Of a stretch of 64,000 nt of DNA, positions 8,216 to 19,800 are shown one piece after another. The DNA is taken from the NCBI GenBank assembly GCA_964634565.1, contig CAZWLP010000004.1, positions 21,921 through 85,920 of the forward strand, read 5' to 3'. The notes beneath the pieces were generated by a model. The model made no database searches, had not been told where the DNA came from, and was given only the letters and a program-made list of their open reading frames with translations. Position 1 is the stretch's first letter, and each line of letters opens with the position of its first letter. Origin of the DNA: an uncultured Rikenellaceae bacterium (GTDB lineage: Bacteria > Bacteroidota > Bacteroidia > Bacteroidales > VadinHA17). Both the position numbers and the translations under genes were made by a program.

Positions 8216-10078
8216 TCAGTTGTTAACTTTCAAAAATGAATATGCTGATATCACATTGCTGTATAATCCTGGAATAATCAATTGATTTTTACTATCTACA
8301 AGTTCGAAGTCGGCAATATTTAACTGCCTGGATACTGTATTAATTATTTCAACTAATTCTCCTGATGGATCAATTCGAAACAGGTGACCGTTAAAATCAC
8401 TGAAGAATACTTCCCCTTTATTACTTACCTGCAATCCATCCATAACTGAGCCATCAGGTAATGTGGCAATTGTGCTGGTACAAAAAGTCTTTATGTCAAT
8501 TTTCTTAACAGAGGCATCGCCTGAACAGCCCACGTAGAGAAGACCATCATGATAATCTATTCCGTTGGGATTTAATATATCTCCTCTCTCCAACCAAATT
8601 TCTGAAACCTTATCTCTGATCCTGTATATCTTACTCCCACCGCTATCGCTTATATATATAACACCCTTATCATCGACGGTAATGTCATTTGGGAAAACAG
8701 CTTCTTCAAGCTTAATGCGTTCAGTAATTATGCCGCTATATTTATCTATTACTGCAACAGAGGATCTCTCAACAACATAAATTTCATTCCCGTACAAAGT
8801 AATACCTGTCGGAGAATTAAGGCCTTTTACCCACTCATAATCAAGGTTTTTTCCATCTGTGGAAAGCTTTGAGATTCCACCCCCTGATCCGGTAATATTA
8901 TTTGAAAAATAGAGAATGTTTTCATCCTGGTCGTAGACTACAGACTCGGGATATCCAAGCTTATGGTGTAATTCCCAATTTTTTGAAATCCCTTCTGCAA
9001 GACCGATTGCTTCAGCGTCTCTCATTTTAAATCCCCATCCTCCAAACTGCTCACCTATCAGAAGACATATCTCGTTTGGTCCCTTTTTTAGTGGCAGAAA
9101 TACTTCATCAAAATATCCAATTAAACCTGCAAAGGCCGGATCACGGCTTGTATAAGCATTTGTTGAAGACATTATGGGTAAGCCATTTACAAAGACTGTT
9201 ATATAATCGCTATATGCCAGCTGGAACCTTGCAATTTTATCCTTCTCTGAGTTCAGAACGGATCTGGCATAGATCCAGCCAGGTAATTGCGGATTTCTGA
9301 CCGCCTGTTTTGTAAGATTTATAAGCCCGTCATCATCAGTTTCTGCATTTTTCCAGTCAAGGTCATTCTGATCTTCGTAATACATATAGGGGTCTGTCTC
9401 ATTATAAGATAGTACACGACTGATTTCCCACCTTCTTATAATACCTGGTTCTGCGTTATATTTAAGTGCTTTGTCAGGCATATCAATATCAATCTTATCA
9501 GTCCATGTGAAATTTGCAAACCATGATGATCCATTTACGGGCCCTTTTACCCCAACTGAACCGGAGATGTCTCCATGCCATAGTCTGTCAATATTCATTG
9601 ATACAGGCTCTTGTGTGTACATTGTCAGCAAAGCCCTGTTATCTTTTACTACCAACTTAAAATGTATCCATTCCCTGGCAGGGATCTTAGCTGCTTTAGT
9701 TCCACCGCTTCCATGTGACAATTGCCAGCATGAAACTCCGTGATATATTGGTGTGTACTGAAAAGCATCAGGAAAGAGGCCGTTCCCTTTATGAGGTCTT
9801 ACATAAAACTCTTCGCTGTCACGGTTATTCTGATATCTGAATGTTACCCCTGCATAAGATCTTCCTCCTGTTGTCCACATATCCCACTCCAGGGTTCCGT
9901 TCCTGAATTCAATATCTTTAAGGATTGCTGTTCCTGCAAAAGCAGGCCTTCCATCGATAGTATCAAACATGCCATTGTAAATGCTTGAGTTCTCTCTGGA
10001 GAATTCTATTAATTCCTGGCTTTGTAAATTAAAAAGTATAAAAAGGCCTGAGATAAACATACTAATTTTCTTTTCCAT
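8216..10078 (-). CDS. Secreted multidomain protein: N-terminal jelly-roll (DUF1080/LamG-like) regions plus C-terminal SMP-30/NHL-like six-bladed beta-propeller
   Basis: The ORF is open to 10165. The ATG at 10078 gives a signal peptide, MEKKISMFISGLFILFNLQSQE. The C-terminal repeats are propeller-like (NPNGIDYHDGLLYVG, GVIYISDSGGSKIYR, GEVFFSDFNGHLFRI). Confidence 0.45.
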   Translation of the reverse strand: MEKKISMFISGLFILFNLQSQELIEFSRENSSIYNGMFDTIDGRPAFAGTAILKDIEFRNGTLEWDMWTTGGRSYAGVTFRYQNNRDSEEFYVRPHKGNGLFPDAFQYTPIYHGVSCWQLSHGSGGTKAAKIPAREWIHFKLVVKDNRALLTMYTQEPVSMNIDRLWHGDISGSVGVKGPVNGSSWFANFTWTDKIDIDMPDKALKYNAEPGIIRRWEISRVLSYNETDPYMYYEDQNDLDWKNAETDDDGLINLTKQAVRNPQLPGWIYARSVLNSEKDKIARFQLAYSDYITVFVNGLPIMSSTNAYTSRDPAFAGLIGYFDEVFLPLKKGPNEICLLIGEQFGGWGFKMRDAEAIGLAEGISKNWELHHKLGYPESVVYDQDENILYFSNNITGSGGGISKLSTDGKNLDYEWVKGLNSPTGITLYGNEIYVVERSSVAVIDKYSGIITERIKLEEAVFPNDITVDDKGVIYISDSGGSKIYRIRDKVSEIWLERGDILNPNGIDYHDGLLYVGCSGDASVKKIDIKTFCTSTIATLPDGSVMDGLQVSNKGEVFFSDFNGHLFRIDPSGELVEIINTVSRQLNIADFELVDSKNQLIIPGLYSNVISAYSFLKVNN

Positions 10079-10226
10079 AGCTTTGTACCTTATTAAGGTC
10101 TGCAAAGTAAGGTTTAGCCGTATACCCGACAAGTTTTTTATTTTAACAGAATGTTTTTTCGACAAATGGCAGAAAATCCGGATGCAAATCTTTGCTTAAG
10201 ATTGTTTATAAGAGAATATGAGCTAT

Positions 10227-11264
10227 TTACCTGCTGCCTAAAAACTTAAACTCTACAGTTGGGTGGTGATCTTCTCCATCCAGTTTGTAGTCTACAATCT
10301 GAAGTTTAAAGTACATATCCCTGTCTCCTTCCGTATCGTATTTTTTCAGGAGGTATTTCTTATCAGGGTCCATTGTATACAGGTTAGACGATCCAACAGC
10401 TCCGAGTAATTTCCAGTCGGCTCCGATAGCACCTTTCATATCGGTAAATTCATAAGTATCGATATACGACAGGTCAATATCAGCAAACTCTATCTCAGGG
10501 TCAAATACATGGGCAACCCTCACTCCATTTTCATTATTTATCATTATGCCGCTTACATAGAATGGGGAATATATGCCCGGATCATCTGTTTCCCACCATC
10601 CGGTATATGGAGTAAAAAGTATGTCCCAATCGGAAAAAGGTGGTTCTACATCAACCACTCTGTTTTCTTCGTATGAGAAGGAGACATAATTATATCCTGT
10701 ACTTCTGTAGATGCTTGCTTCTGTAATATTTTCAAGAGATTGTGCCGAGGCGTATTTTATTGTATATGATGTTTCATTCCTGGAAACAAACTGGAAGACA
10801 TAGTATGTATTACTTTCGAGTCCTCTGTTATGTATATAAACTTCTCCATTTTCCCAGTCTCTCAGACATATGGAGTCAGCCACATTAATATATGAAGGAT
10901 CGTTAAAGGTCCAGATATCAGGTGTGGCTATCAGGTCGAGAATTTCAGACTGAGTTAAATCTCCAATATCAAATTTACCTGACTTAATCACCCTTGATTT
11001 TGTTCCCCATCCAATAAGAACTCTACTCCCGGCACCTGCAGATTCGAAGGCCAGATCCCAGCTATACGGGGAGGCAGTACTTACTTCCAGAACAGTATTT
11101 TCATAGAATTTAAAGAAAGACTGTACCTGTTTAATTGAATTCTGCACAGTAAATGTTTCTTCCACAGTCCTTGGGATTGGCGTAGTATCGATCTCCTTAA
11201 TACATGAAGATATCGATGCCATAAGAAGCAATGTGAACAGACATAATATTATGCATCTTTTCAT
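10227..11264 (-). CDS. Lipoprotein, possibly HmuY-family accessory protein of the upstream TonB-dependent receptor
   Basis: 345-aa ORF with lipobox LLMASISSC and a WDLAFES motif. Its start overlaps the receptor stop (TAATG). The family assignment is from memory of the HmuY-like context and is not verified. Confidence 0.4.
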   Translation of the reverse strand: MKRCIILCLFTLLLMASISSCIKEIDTTPIPRTVEETFTVQNSIKQVQSFFKFYENTVLEVSTASPYSWDLAFESAGAGSRVLIGWGTKSRVIKSGKFDIGDLTQSEILDLIATPDIWTFNDPSYINVADSICLRDWENGEVYIHNRGLESNTYYVFQFVSRNETSYTIKYASAQSLENITEASIYRSTGYNYVSFSYEENRVVDVEPPFSDWDILFTPYTGWWETDDPGIYSPFYVSGIMINNENGVRVAHVFDPEIEFADIDLSYIDTYEFTDMKGAIGADWKLLGAVGSSNLYTMDPDKKYLLKKYDTEGDRDMYFKLQIVDYKLDGEDHHPTVEFKFLGSR

Positions 11265-13516
11265 TAGAAACTCAGGTTTATATTTAATTTAAGAAAGAAT
11301 GACCTTCCATAATTTAATGGTCTCAGGTATGCCGACTGGAAATCAGTCTGGCCGTAATCTTCATAACCTGAAGTTTTTCCTTCATAATTATTAAGGAGGT
11401 TTTTTCCGCCAAGTACAACAGTTGCCCTGTTCTTCCAGAAATTTTTTGTAATAGTAAGTTCAAGATCACCGAAGGGATCAGTATAGACCCGGTAATAACC
11501 TCCTCCATCTTCTTCCGGAACGGGAGCAAGAACAGGAGTCTCGCCATAATACTTGAAGTTGGCAAGAAAAGTTATCTTATTCCAGCTAAGATTATATCTT
11601 CCGGAGACTGAAAGATTATTATAATAAACTACAGGGAGGTAATCGCCTTCTCCTTCTTCATCGTAGGTTTCTCCAATCCTGCTAAATCCAGCTCCAAAAA
11701 GTAAACCTGAGTTATGGGAAAATGAACCATTTACCTCGCCGCCAAAAGTTCTTCTTCCTCCCAGATTAACATTGGTTGCTGAGTTGGAACTTGCATCAGT
11801 AACAATTAATGTAATTGCATCCTTCCCGTCATTATAAAATAATTCCGGTTCCAGTTTTACAGTAAATAGATCGTTCCCCAGCGAATATTCAAATGAAGCG
11901 TTATAGCTATTTGTTGTTTCAGCCTTAAGGTTTCTGTTACCTGAGAGATCGTGATTACTATCTTTAAAATCCAGATACAATTCTTTAAGCGAAGGTGCCC
12001 TGAAGCCCCTTGCATAGGAAAGTCTAATATTTCCAGCTTCTGAAAACTTCCATTGCAGGTTTATTGATGGAACTACAGGTGCTCCATATATTGTGTTATA
12101 TATTGCTCTAAGGCCCGGTTGCACTATAACTTTATCCCTGATGTTGTACTGCCCGCTTATAAATACTGCATAATCTCCAATCGTGGCATTATCTTCAAGT
12201 TTATCTCCGCTGCCGCTATCATGATTGATATCCCAGCCCCACATCAGTGAATAATTTTTTTCAGGAGATGCCAGAGTTACAGATCCTCTGGTCATAGAGT
12301 TATAGAACTTTGTGGCAGTGGTTCCGGTTACTTCTTTTGTCATCAGGAAAAGGTCTGATGTAATATATTCGGTCTCGCGTCCGTAGTATGTATAGGCAGC
12401 AATTATATTATAGGATAAATTTTCGGATAATTTATTACTGAGAGAGATGCTGTTTGTTGACCTTGTAGTATGATAATCTGCATCATAGGCCAGAACAACC
12501 TTTTCAATATAGTTGGAATAGTTCTTTAGCAGGGTATTCATATACTGACTCTTTACCCTGAGCTGCAAATCTTTGTTTTTATAAGTATATCCCAGATCAG
12601 CATTATATACCAGTTTAGGCTTAAACTCCATATACCTGTCGTGCCCGTCGACATCTGCAGTATCAACATTCAGATCAATATCAACTCCCTGGAAGAGATT
12701 TCTGGTAGCGGCCAGTGACAGAGAATGGTTTCCTCTTATCACAGACCCTGATAGCCCGATGTTATAATTACCCTTAGTATCGGTAAAAGAGTTTGCTTTT
12801 ATCTGGTTTCTGAAGTAATTATTGGATTTGGTGATTATATTTATTACACCTGCAATTGCACTTGTCCCGTATTGTACGGCCATAGGGCCTCTTACAATTT
12901 CAATATGGTCAATATTTTCCATATTAATCTGGCTAAGGTCTATTATGCCACCAACTCTTCCGACTATCGGAACTCCATCAATTAGGTACTTAATATTTTC
13001 ACCTCCCATGCCCTGCATCTTTATTGATGTGCCGAGAGAAGGATCGACAGTCAGTCTGATACCGGTTTCATTGGAGAGTGCTTCGGCCAGGTTATTTACT
13101 CCACGCTGGTTAATAGTTCTGGCATCTACCACGTTTATCCTGTAAATAGACCTGTCTACAGCCTGGGGTTTGTACTGCCCTGTAACAACTACTGTTTCAA
13201 GTTCAAGTAAGTCAGGGGTTAACATAATAATTAAGTTCTGATCCGGGTAGATAGTATCATTTTTTGAAGCATAACCCAGGGAGGATACACTTATCCTGGA
13301 TGCTTCTATTATCTTAAAGCTGATTAGCCCGTTCTTATCAGTAGCGCCTCCATCAAGGTATTTATTGGCCATACTGGAAAGCATAACAGTTGCATACTGG
13401 CAGGGTTCAAGTGTTTTAGCATCCAATATTTTAACAGTAGTCTCCTGTGCACGTGCGCCTAGCAGAAGCAGTGCAAGAAAAGCTACTGTTAAAAATTTTG
13501 GAGTACTTATTCTCAT
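11264..13516 (-). CDS. TonB-dependent outer-membrane receptor with CarboxypepD_reg-like N-terminal domain
   Basis: 750-aa ORF with a signal peptide. The plug region is VVVTGQYKPQAVDRSIYRINVVDARTINQRGVNNLAEALSNETGIRL. The barrel ends in an aromatic residue (LNINLSF). Confidence 0.85.
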   Translation of the reverse strand: MRISTPKFLTVAFLALLLLGARAQETTVKILDAKTLEPCQYATVMLSSMANKYLDGGATDKNGLISFKIIEASRISVSSLGYASKNDTIYPDQNLIIMLTPDLLELETVVVTGQYKPQAVDRSIYRINVVDARTINQRGVNNLAEALSNETGIRLTVDPSLGTSIKMQGMGGENIKYLIDGVPIVGRVGGIIDLSQINMENIDHIEIVRGPMAVQYGTSAIAGVINIITKSNNYFRNQIKANSFTDTKGNYNIGLSGSVIRGNHSLSLAATRNLFQGVDIDLNVDTADVDGHDRYMEFKPKLVYNADLGYTYKNKDLQLRVKSQYMNTLLKNYSNYIEKVVLAYDADYHTTRSTNSISLSNKLSENLSYNIIAAYTYYGRETEYITSDLFLMTKEVTGTTATKFYNSMTRGSVTLASPEKNYSLMWGWDINHDSGSGDKLEDNATIGDYAVFISGQYNIRDKVIVQPGLRAIYNTIYGAPVVPSINLQWKFSEAGNIRLSYARGFRAPSLKELYLDFKDSNHDLSGNRNLKAETTNSYNASFEYSLGNDLFTVKLEPELFYNDGKDAITLIVTDASSNSATNVNLGGRRTFGGEVNGSFSHNSGLLFGAGFSRIGETYDEEGEGDYLPVVYYNNLSVSGRYNLSWNKITFLANFKYYGETPVLAPVPEEDGGGYYRVYTDPFGDLELTITKNFWKNRATVVLGGKNLLNNYEGKTSGYEDYGQTDFQSAYLRPLNYGRSFFLKLNINLSF

Positions 13517-13532
13517 CAGTTATTTTACAATC

Positions 13533-14300
13533 TTATTTTCCGGCAAGAGGAGTGATGGCTCCAATATAAAATAATTCCAGATCTTTTGTGCTGGTTTCAG
13601 TAAAATCTCCTGTATCATAATCATATGATCCAACTGAAAGAATGCCTGTCATTTCAATTTTATAAACATCTGTAGCCAGTTCAGTAATAACAAGATTCTG
13701 TGATCCTGTCTTACCAATTGCTGTCCAGTCATAAGCCATCCCTGCATAATCTGCAGTATATCCGAAATCATAAGTTCCTTCAGGGTTTTCTGCATCCCAG
13801 GTATATGTTCCCGGAAGCTCATTTAATCCCTTGTTTGGATATAGCTTAATAAGATCAGGATTATCCTGTCCGCTGATATCTGTTAGCAGTCTGATGTAGG
13901 CAGAGCTTCCAGGCATGGATGATTGATACCAGAACATATCGTTTGTTATGTCAAACTGAACATCGTCAAGAGTATAAATATTTGCAGGAACTGTAACTGT
14001 TATATCTTTTGTAACAACCTCACTGCCATCTATATTAGATGCTGTAAGTTTTACAGTGTAGGTTCCTTCTGTAGTGTAAGCGTGAGTAGGATTCTCTTCT
14101 GAGGATGTTGCTCCATCACCAAATTCCCATGAAAATGTATCAGCATCTGTTGAGGCATTTGTAAATGTAACTTCGTCGTATATTTCAACTTCAGCAGGAC
14201 TGAATGTGAAATCTGCTGTTGGAAGTACGGGGTCTTCACATGACGATAATGAAATTATCATTATGCTTAATGCAATAAAGGGATAGAAAATTCTTTTCAT
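13533..14300 (-). CDS. PKD-domain lipoprotein
   Basis: 255-aa ORF with lipobox IISLSSC. PKD signature is FSWEFGDGATSSEENPTHAYTTEGTYTVKLTASN. It ends 16 nt upstream of the receptor gene. Confidence 0.7.
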   Translation of the reverse strand: MKRIFYPFIALSIMIISLSSCEDPVLPTADFTFSPAEVEIYDEVTFTNASTDADTFSWEFGDGATSSEENPTHAYTTEGTYTVKLTASNIDGSEVVTKDITVTVPANIYTLDDVQFDITNDMFWYQSSMPGSSAYIRLLTDISGQDNPDLIKLYPNKGLNELPGTYTWDAENPEGTYDFGYTADYAGMAYDWTAIGKTGSQNLVITELATDVYKIEMTGILSVGSYDYDTGDFTETSTKDLELFYIGAITPLAGK

Positions 14301-14480
14301 GATTATGTAATTTTAGTTTTTGTAGATTCTGGTCCCAAAATTAGATATTCTGACAGTCTCAATTATGTAGAAAATCTGTATAAGTAATAATTACAATATT
14401 TCAGGCATAATTTAGAATTAATCCAAAGAATGTAAGAAAAGGTGATGGATGTTAAAGCATTGGGTGTCGAAGAGAAGATA

Positions 14481-15692
14481 CTACCATACTTCTGTTAAGG
14501 AATCCCGCTGATCTTTTAAGAGCTGATTTGAAAATTTAAAGGTGTAGGTCTGGCTGCTACCGTTTGAGAAAGCCCAGTGAATCTTTATCAGGTTCCCGTT
14601 CATGTCATAGTTGAAAATTATATCTGCAGATAAATCCTTGTCAGAAGTATATTTGGCTGATATAATCCGGTCATACCTGTCATGCATAAATTCAAGTCTT
14701 CCTGTCAGCCAGCTGTCAAAGTTTACCCATTGGCCTGAAATTAGTTTTCCATCGCCATCGTAGATATATTTCTCGGAACCGGTAATACCATCCGATCTGT
14801 TAAAAATCCTCTCAAGCAGATCGCCATTTACGTCATATGTATATGTGAAAGTTCCTGTTTTTCCGTCTGAGTAATGCCTGACAGATTTTTCAAGATAGCC
14901 ATTATCCCTGTAGAAATAGTTTGTTATTGTTTGCATGCCGTCAGATCTAACAAATATTTTCTCCTGCAGTTTGCCGGCATCATCATAATTATAGTACGAT
15001 GGCCCTCCTCCCTGACCGGAATAATCATAATTTTCTTCTGAAATTATCCATGGGTAGTTATCCCTTATAAATGCATTTGATGATTTGTAGTGTAGATGCT
15101 CGCGATCTAAATATTCGTATTTTAGAGATTGGGAAAAACCTGTGTCGAAATTCCAGTCTTCTTCAGTTAGCTGACCTATGTCGTTATACCTGAAGATAAT
15201 TTCTCCTATCCTCTTATTATTCTGAGATAATTTAGCATAAACCGGGTGGTCGCCATCATTGTAACTATAGTCGATCCTGCCGTGAAACCAACCATTCAGT
15301 CCCTTACAATCGGCGTATGAACGGTTTCCCTTCTCATAAAAATAGTTAACAGTACCTTTAACTCCATCTGATCTGGAAAATGTCTCGGTAATTAATTGAC
15401 TATCCTTATTATATGTAAAAGTTTGTGAAATGGTAACTGAATCAGAAAAAGTCCTGTCTCTTTTGGTCATATTCCCGTTTGCATCAAATTCATGATAATT
15501 TTCCGACCATCGCGAACCATCTTTCAGCTCCCATATTGCTTTATAAGGATGTTGCTTACCATTGTAAATATAGGTTGTCAGTCCTTCTTCTCCCGAGGAA
15601 TTGGTATATTCGAGTTTTAATAAATTCTTCTCATATTGCCCATACGATGCCTGGGTAATAAGAAGCAGTACTATTGGTATCAGTTGTCTCAT
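14481..15692 (-). CDS. Secreted protein with YD/RHS-like repeats
   Basis: The ORF is open to 15743. The ATG at 15692 gives a signal peptide, MRQLIPIVLLLITQASYGQ. Recurrent units resemble YD repeats (FTYNKDSQLITETFSRSDG, TYTYDVNGDLLERIFNRSDG, KYIYDGDGKLISG). Confidence 0.45.
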   Translation of the reverse strand: MRQLIPIVLLLITQASYGQYEKNLLKLEYTNSSGEEGLTTYIYNGKQHPYKAIWELKDGSRWSENYHEFDANGNMTKRDRTFSDSVTISQTFTYNKDSQLITETFSRSDGVKGTVNYFYEKGNRSYADCKGLNGWFHGRIDYSYNDGDHPVYAKLSQNNKRIGEIIFRYNDIGQLTEEDWNFDTGFSQSLKYEYLDREHLHYKSSNAFIRDNYPWIISEENYDYSGQGGGPSYYNYDDAGKLQEKIFVRSDGMQTITNYFYRDNGYLEKSVRHYSDGKTGTFTYTYDVNGDLLERIFNRSDGITGSEKYIYDGDGKLISGQWVNFDSWLTGRLEFMHDRYDRIISAKYTSDKDLSADIIFNYDMNGNLIKIHWAFSNGSSQTYTFKFSNQLLKDQRDSLTEVW

Positions 15693-15773
15693 GTTATAAT
15701 TATTTTTTAATAAATTTATATGTAGTATCTGTCGGTTTAACAAACTAAAGATTGTGAATTTATTTATCTCTGT

Positions 15774-16877
15774 TTATTTTAATTTATCTTCCGGATAGTT
15801 AATCCAGGAGATCGCTTTTTTGATTGTTTCGCCACCAGTAGGATTATCAGGGTCGAAGTCTTCAGAAATAAAGAAATCTGGTATTATTCCATCCCTGTGG
15901 ACTGTCGAATCAGAACTCATATAGTAAGCAGTGGCAATGTTGTAAAAAACATTATCTGATATTTTCACCATTCCATTAGTAGTGCTATACCCTGCAGTTT
16001 GCTCACCAAATAGTTTTATATTCTTCTGTCCTTTAAGAGCTGAAGCAACTGCTTCACCTGAACTGGCAGTATATCTGCCTACCAGGACAGCGACTTTTTT
16101 GTTGTTTATGTTTATATTACATTGTAAGGGAAGGCTAAAGGGTAGAGTGTTCTCATTTAAATAAAGATTACCATTTCGTAAGCTCCACTTTACCCTGAAC
16201 GTCTTACTGTCTTCTGTATCCCCTCCAAGGTCAATATTTGGAAACAATTCCCCTAAGCCTGAAAGCATAGGCCAGAAATTCCCTCCTGTGTTTCCACGTA
16301 AGTCAACAATGTATCCTTTTGGACTATTCTTTTTAAGATTACATATTGTCTCTCTGATCTTCATAATTTGATTCATAATAATACTATCGCCCCCAACTTT
16401 ATATTGTATAGCCGGGATCTGAATATATGCTATTGAGTTGTCAATGATCTCTGAATGGGTATCTATTCCTTTTAAAGTATTTTGATAGATAGATCTTACT
16501 TTGGACAGATACTCCTTACTCTTAAAATCATAATTAACATCCCTCTCTCTATCAATACGGCCTTTGATTGTTTTATTATCAATGTTAACAAAGCCATGAA
16601 AATCTCCCAGCGAGGTCATCATATGCCTTATTGGTTCCTCCAATGAAGAGAGAGAGTCATTATCACTTAATCTGTTAAACATCTCTTTCTCCAGTTCTTC
16701 CCAGTTAACATTATTTGTATATAGTGAGTTGACTCTGGCAGTGCTTATTATGGAATCAAGAATCATTTTTGTATCGGGTGCCTGAGCTTCGACGTGGGTC
16801 TTATCTGCTGTTCTTTTTTGCATTGAACAACTAAATAAGCTAACAGTACACAAAATAATTAAAAAGCTATTCTTCAT
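15774..16877 (-). CDS. S41 family peptidase (tail-specific/tricorn-core type), lipoprotein
   Basis: Lipobox is VSLFSC. S41 motifs are VDLRGNTGGN and GRYTASSGEAVA (Ser nucleophile context). The ATG at 16877 overlaps the upstream PD40 gene's stop (16867) by 11 nt. Confidence 0.7.
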   Translation of the reverse strand: MKNSFLIILCTVSLFSCSMQKRTADKTHVEAQAPDTKMILDSIISTARVNSLYTNNVNWEELEKEMFNRLSDNDSLSSLEEPIRHMMTSLGDFHGFVNIDNKTIKGRIDRERDVNYDFKSKEYLSKVRSIYQNTLKGIDTHSEIIDNSIAYIQIPAIQYKVGGDSIIMNQIMKIRETICNLKKNSPKGYIVDLRGNTGGNFWPMLSGLGELFPNIDLGGDTEDSKTFRVKWSLRNGNLYLNENTLPFSLPLQCNININNKKVAVLVGRYTASSGEAVASALKGQKNIKLFGEQTAGYSTTNGMVKISDNVFYNIATAYYMSSDSTVHRDGIIPDFFISEDFDPDNPTGGETIKKAISWINYPEDKLK

Positions 16878-19800
16878 CAAAGTATTTGGTTTTAAGTTTA
16901 TTAATTGATTTTATTGATATCCAGTATGCATGTGCTTCTTTTCCATCGTATCTATTGAAGAAAAGATATTTGCCATCAGGAGATATTGCAGGGCAGTTTT
17001 CCATTAACTCAGAATTAATCTCAGGGCCCATGTTTATAAGACGTGACCAGTTGCCATCGCTGTTTCTGAATGAAATATACAGGTCGCTTCGGCCTCCAGT
17101 TGTAGTGTCGGGTCTTTCCCAGCATGATGTTATAGCATAGCTTTCATCTGGTGAGATACACATATCTCCTTCGTTAAATAAATTTTCCGGATCGTTATCT
17201 AATGAGATAATTCTGGTAAAGAGTTTTCCTTCTCTTTTCAGATAATACAGGTCTCCGAATCCCCTTTCCCTGTCTGTTACTTTTGGAAAATAAAGGTTGC
17301 CTGATGATGCGGCAGATGGATAACCTGCCTGGAGGAATTGCCCGTTAAATGATACAGGAGAGGGTTCAGACCAATGTCCATTATTTTTTTCTGAGAACCA
17401 GATATATGAAACTGATTCCTCGGGACTTTTGCCTTCAAGTGGTCTCCATGATCTGAAGTAGGCATATCTGCCATCCGGAGATATGGATATGTCATTGTCA
17501 GTATATTGACTGTTAAATGGTGCCGGTTCTGAATTCGTCCATCTTTTATTAATCTTTCTAATCCGTAAAATATCACCGGTATTATTACTGTCTGCGTCAC
17601 AGGTAAAAAACAATTCCTCCCCATCCGGTGTAAAGGCTATATTAATGGTGTTTTTAAGAATATCTTCAGCAAATATTCTGGCTATAGAATCTGGTTTTTC
17701 TTCTTCCAGATAGTTGATATTTTGCTGATATCTTAAAGGATAGTTAAATTTAAAACTATAAATATCAAGATTTTCGGATCTATTACAGGCAAAGTAAATA
17801 CTTCTTCCATCTTTGCTTATAACCGGCCTGTTTTCATCCCATTCCGAGTTTATTTCAGGTCCCAGGTTAAATGGTGCCGACCAGCTTTCATCTTCAAGCC
17901 TGTAGCAGAAGTACAAATCGTCGCCACCATATCCTCCATTGCGGTTTGAGGCAAATACCAGGATCGATCCATCAGATGAAATTGCAGGATCATGTTCTCT
18001 CCACCTTGTATTAATAGGATAGCCCATATTTATAACCGAAGAGTAATGACTGTCTTCAGGTATTGAATAATATAGATCAAGATCTCCCTGTCCACCTGGT
18101 CTGTTGCTGAAGAAGCACAGATTAAATTCCTGGTCGAGAACAGGCCATGAGTCTGTGAACTCAGTGTTTACGGGATATCCCGGGCAGATAAGGTTAATGC
18201 TATCAGGAGATATAAAATCACAGATATTAATATCGAGATCAGATACTCCGTTTGCTTTTGTGATCTGTTGTGAAAAAGCCAGTCTGCCTTTGATGCTTGC
18301 CGGAGGCAGATATCTTACCCAGCTACCATTACTATTAGTTAACCTTAATGGTATACTCCATTCTTTATCTATACAATGTGAAATGTAGATCGGCTCATTT
18401 AACCAGTCTGAAAATCCTTCTGGCGTGCGTGAAAATACCATGAAGCTATCAGAAAGGTATAGAGGAATTTCATCATCTTCTGTGGATATTATCTCCCTTG
18501 AAATAAGTTCAGGTTTTGTGATTGGGTTCAAATAAAGGAATCTCGAATACTGTTTTAATATCCCTTCGAGAGAGACTTTATAAATATCGGTGTCGCTACC
18601 GGATTGCCTTGTGATAAATAAAGTACTGCCATCATCACTGATATAGGGATGACCGGCATAACCTATTAGGCTACCCAGTGGCATAGGTCTGTTCCATCCC
18701 GCCTTATTATTACTTGAGCAAATGTATAAATCTCCATCAGGATAACTTCCACCCGGGCGATCCGAAAAAAATATTAGTACAGAACCATCCGGAGATATGG
18801 CAGGGTCCCTGTCATTAAACTCTGTGTTGATCGGATAGGGCTGATTAAGGAGTTGTGTGAACGAGTTTTTTGCTGAAATGCATCTATAGATGTCATCACC
18901 TCCCTGACCTTCTGACCTGTTACTGTGGAAGTACATCAGATCATTGTCAGTAAATGAGGGATATCCGCTGAAGCTTCCATCCAAATTTACGGGAGGTGGC
19001 AGTGGGAATGGTTCACCCCAGATTCCATTTCTATAAGCTGCCTTCCATATTTTTGAATTTGTTATTGATTCAGAGTTATTACTTTCCATCGGCCTGTCTG
19101 AAGTGAAGTAGAACTGTTTGCCTGTCCTGTCGAAGTTAAAATCCCATTCCCTGTATTCACTGTCAATGCTTATATTCTGGTTGCTTATCTCAGATGATCC
19201 TCTTTTACTGTATGTTATCAGTTTAAGCGGGTCCTTCTTATCGGGACTGAAAACACGATAAATAAAGGTATTGTACTTCGAACTATGGCTCAGGTTGCCT
19301 TCATTTCTGTTTTCGACGGATATTATTCCGGGTTTAAAAACTTCTGTCTTACATTTTCCCGGTCTTATCCGGTTAATGATATCTGAGCTCACCCAGTAAA
19401 TATTATTTGATCCGTTTACCGGGCAGTTTAGTGTTTTAGTTTTTACAGGGTATGTAATCCTTTCATTATCGGGTAAGGAATGTTTTTTCCTTCTGCTGGT
19501 GAAAAACAGAAATCTGCCATCACTCGAAACTGAGGGACAGATTGATTCACCTGAGCCGATGTCATCACCCATATAACAGGGCTTTGTCCAGTTTTCACCA
19601 TTTTTATAGCTGATAAACAGTCCCCCCTTCCCGTTTCTGTCGGATGAAAAGATCAGGTAGCTTTCGTCAGGGGCAATAAAGGGATCAACTTCGTTATTCC
19701 TTGAGTTTATCTCCTGGCCGAGGCAATATGGAGATTGATACTTTCCATTTTTATATTCAGAAATGTAGATATCTTCCCTGCCTGAACCCTCTTCACGATT

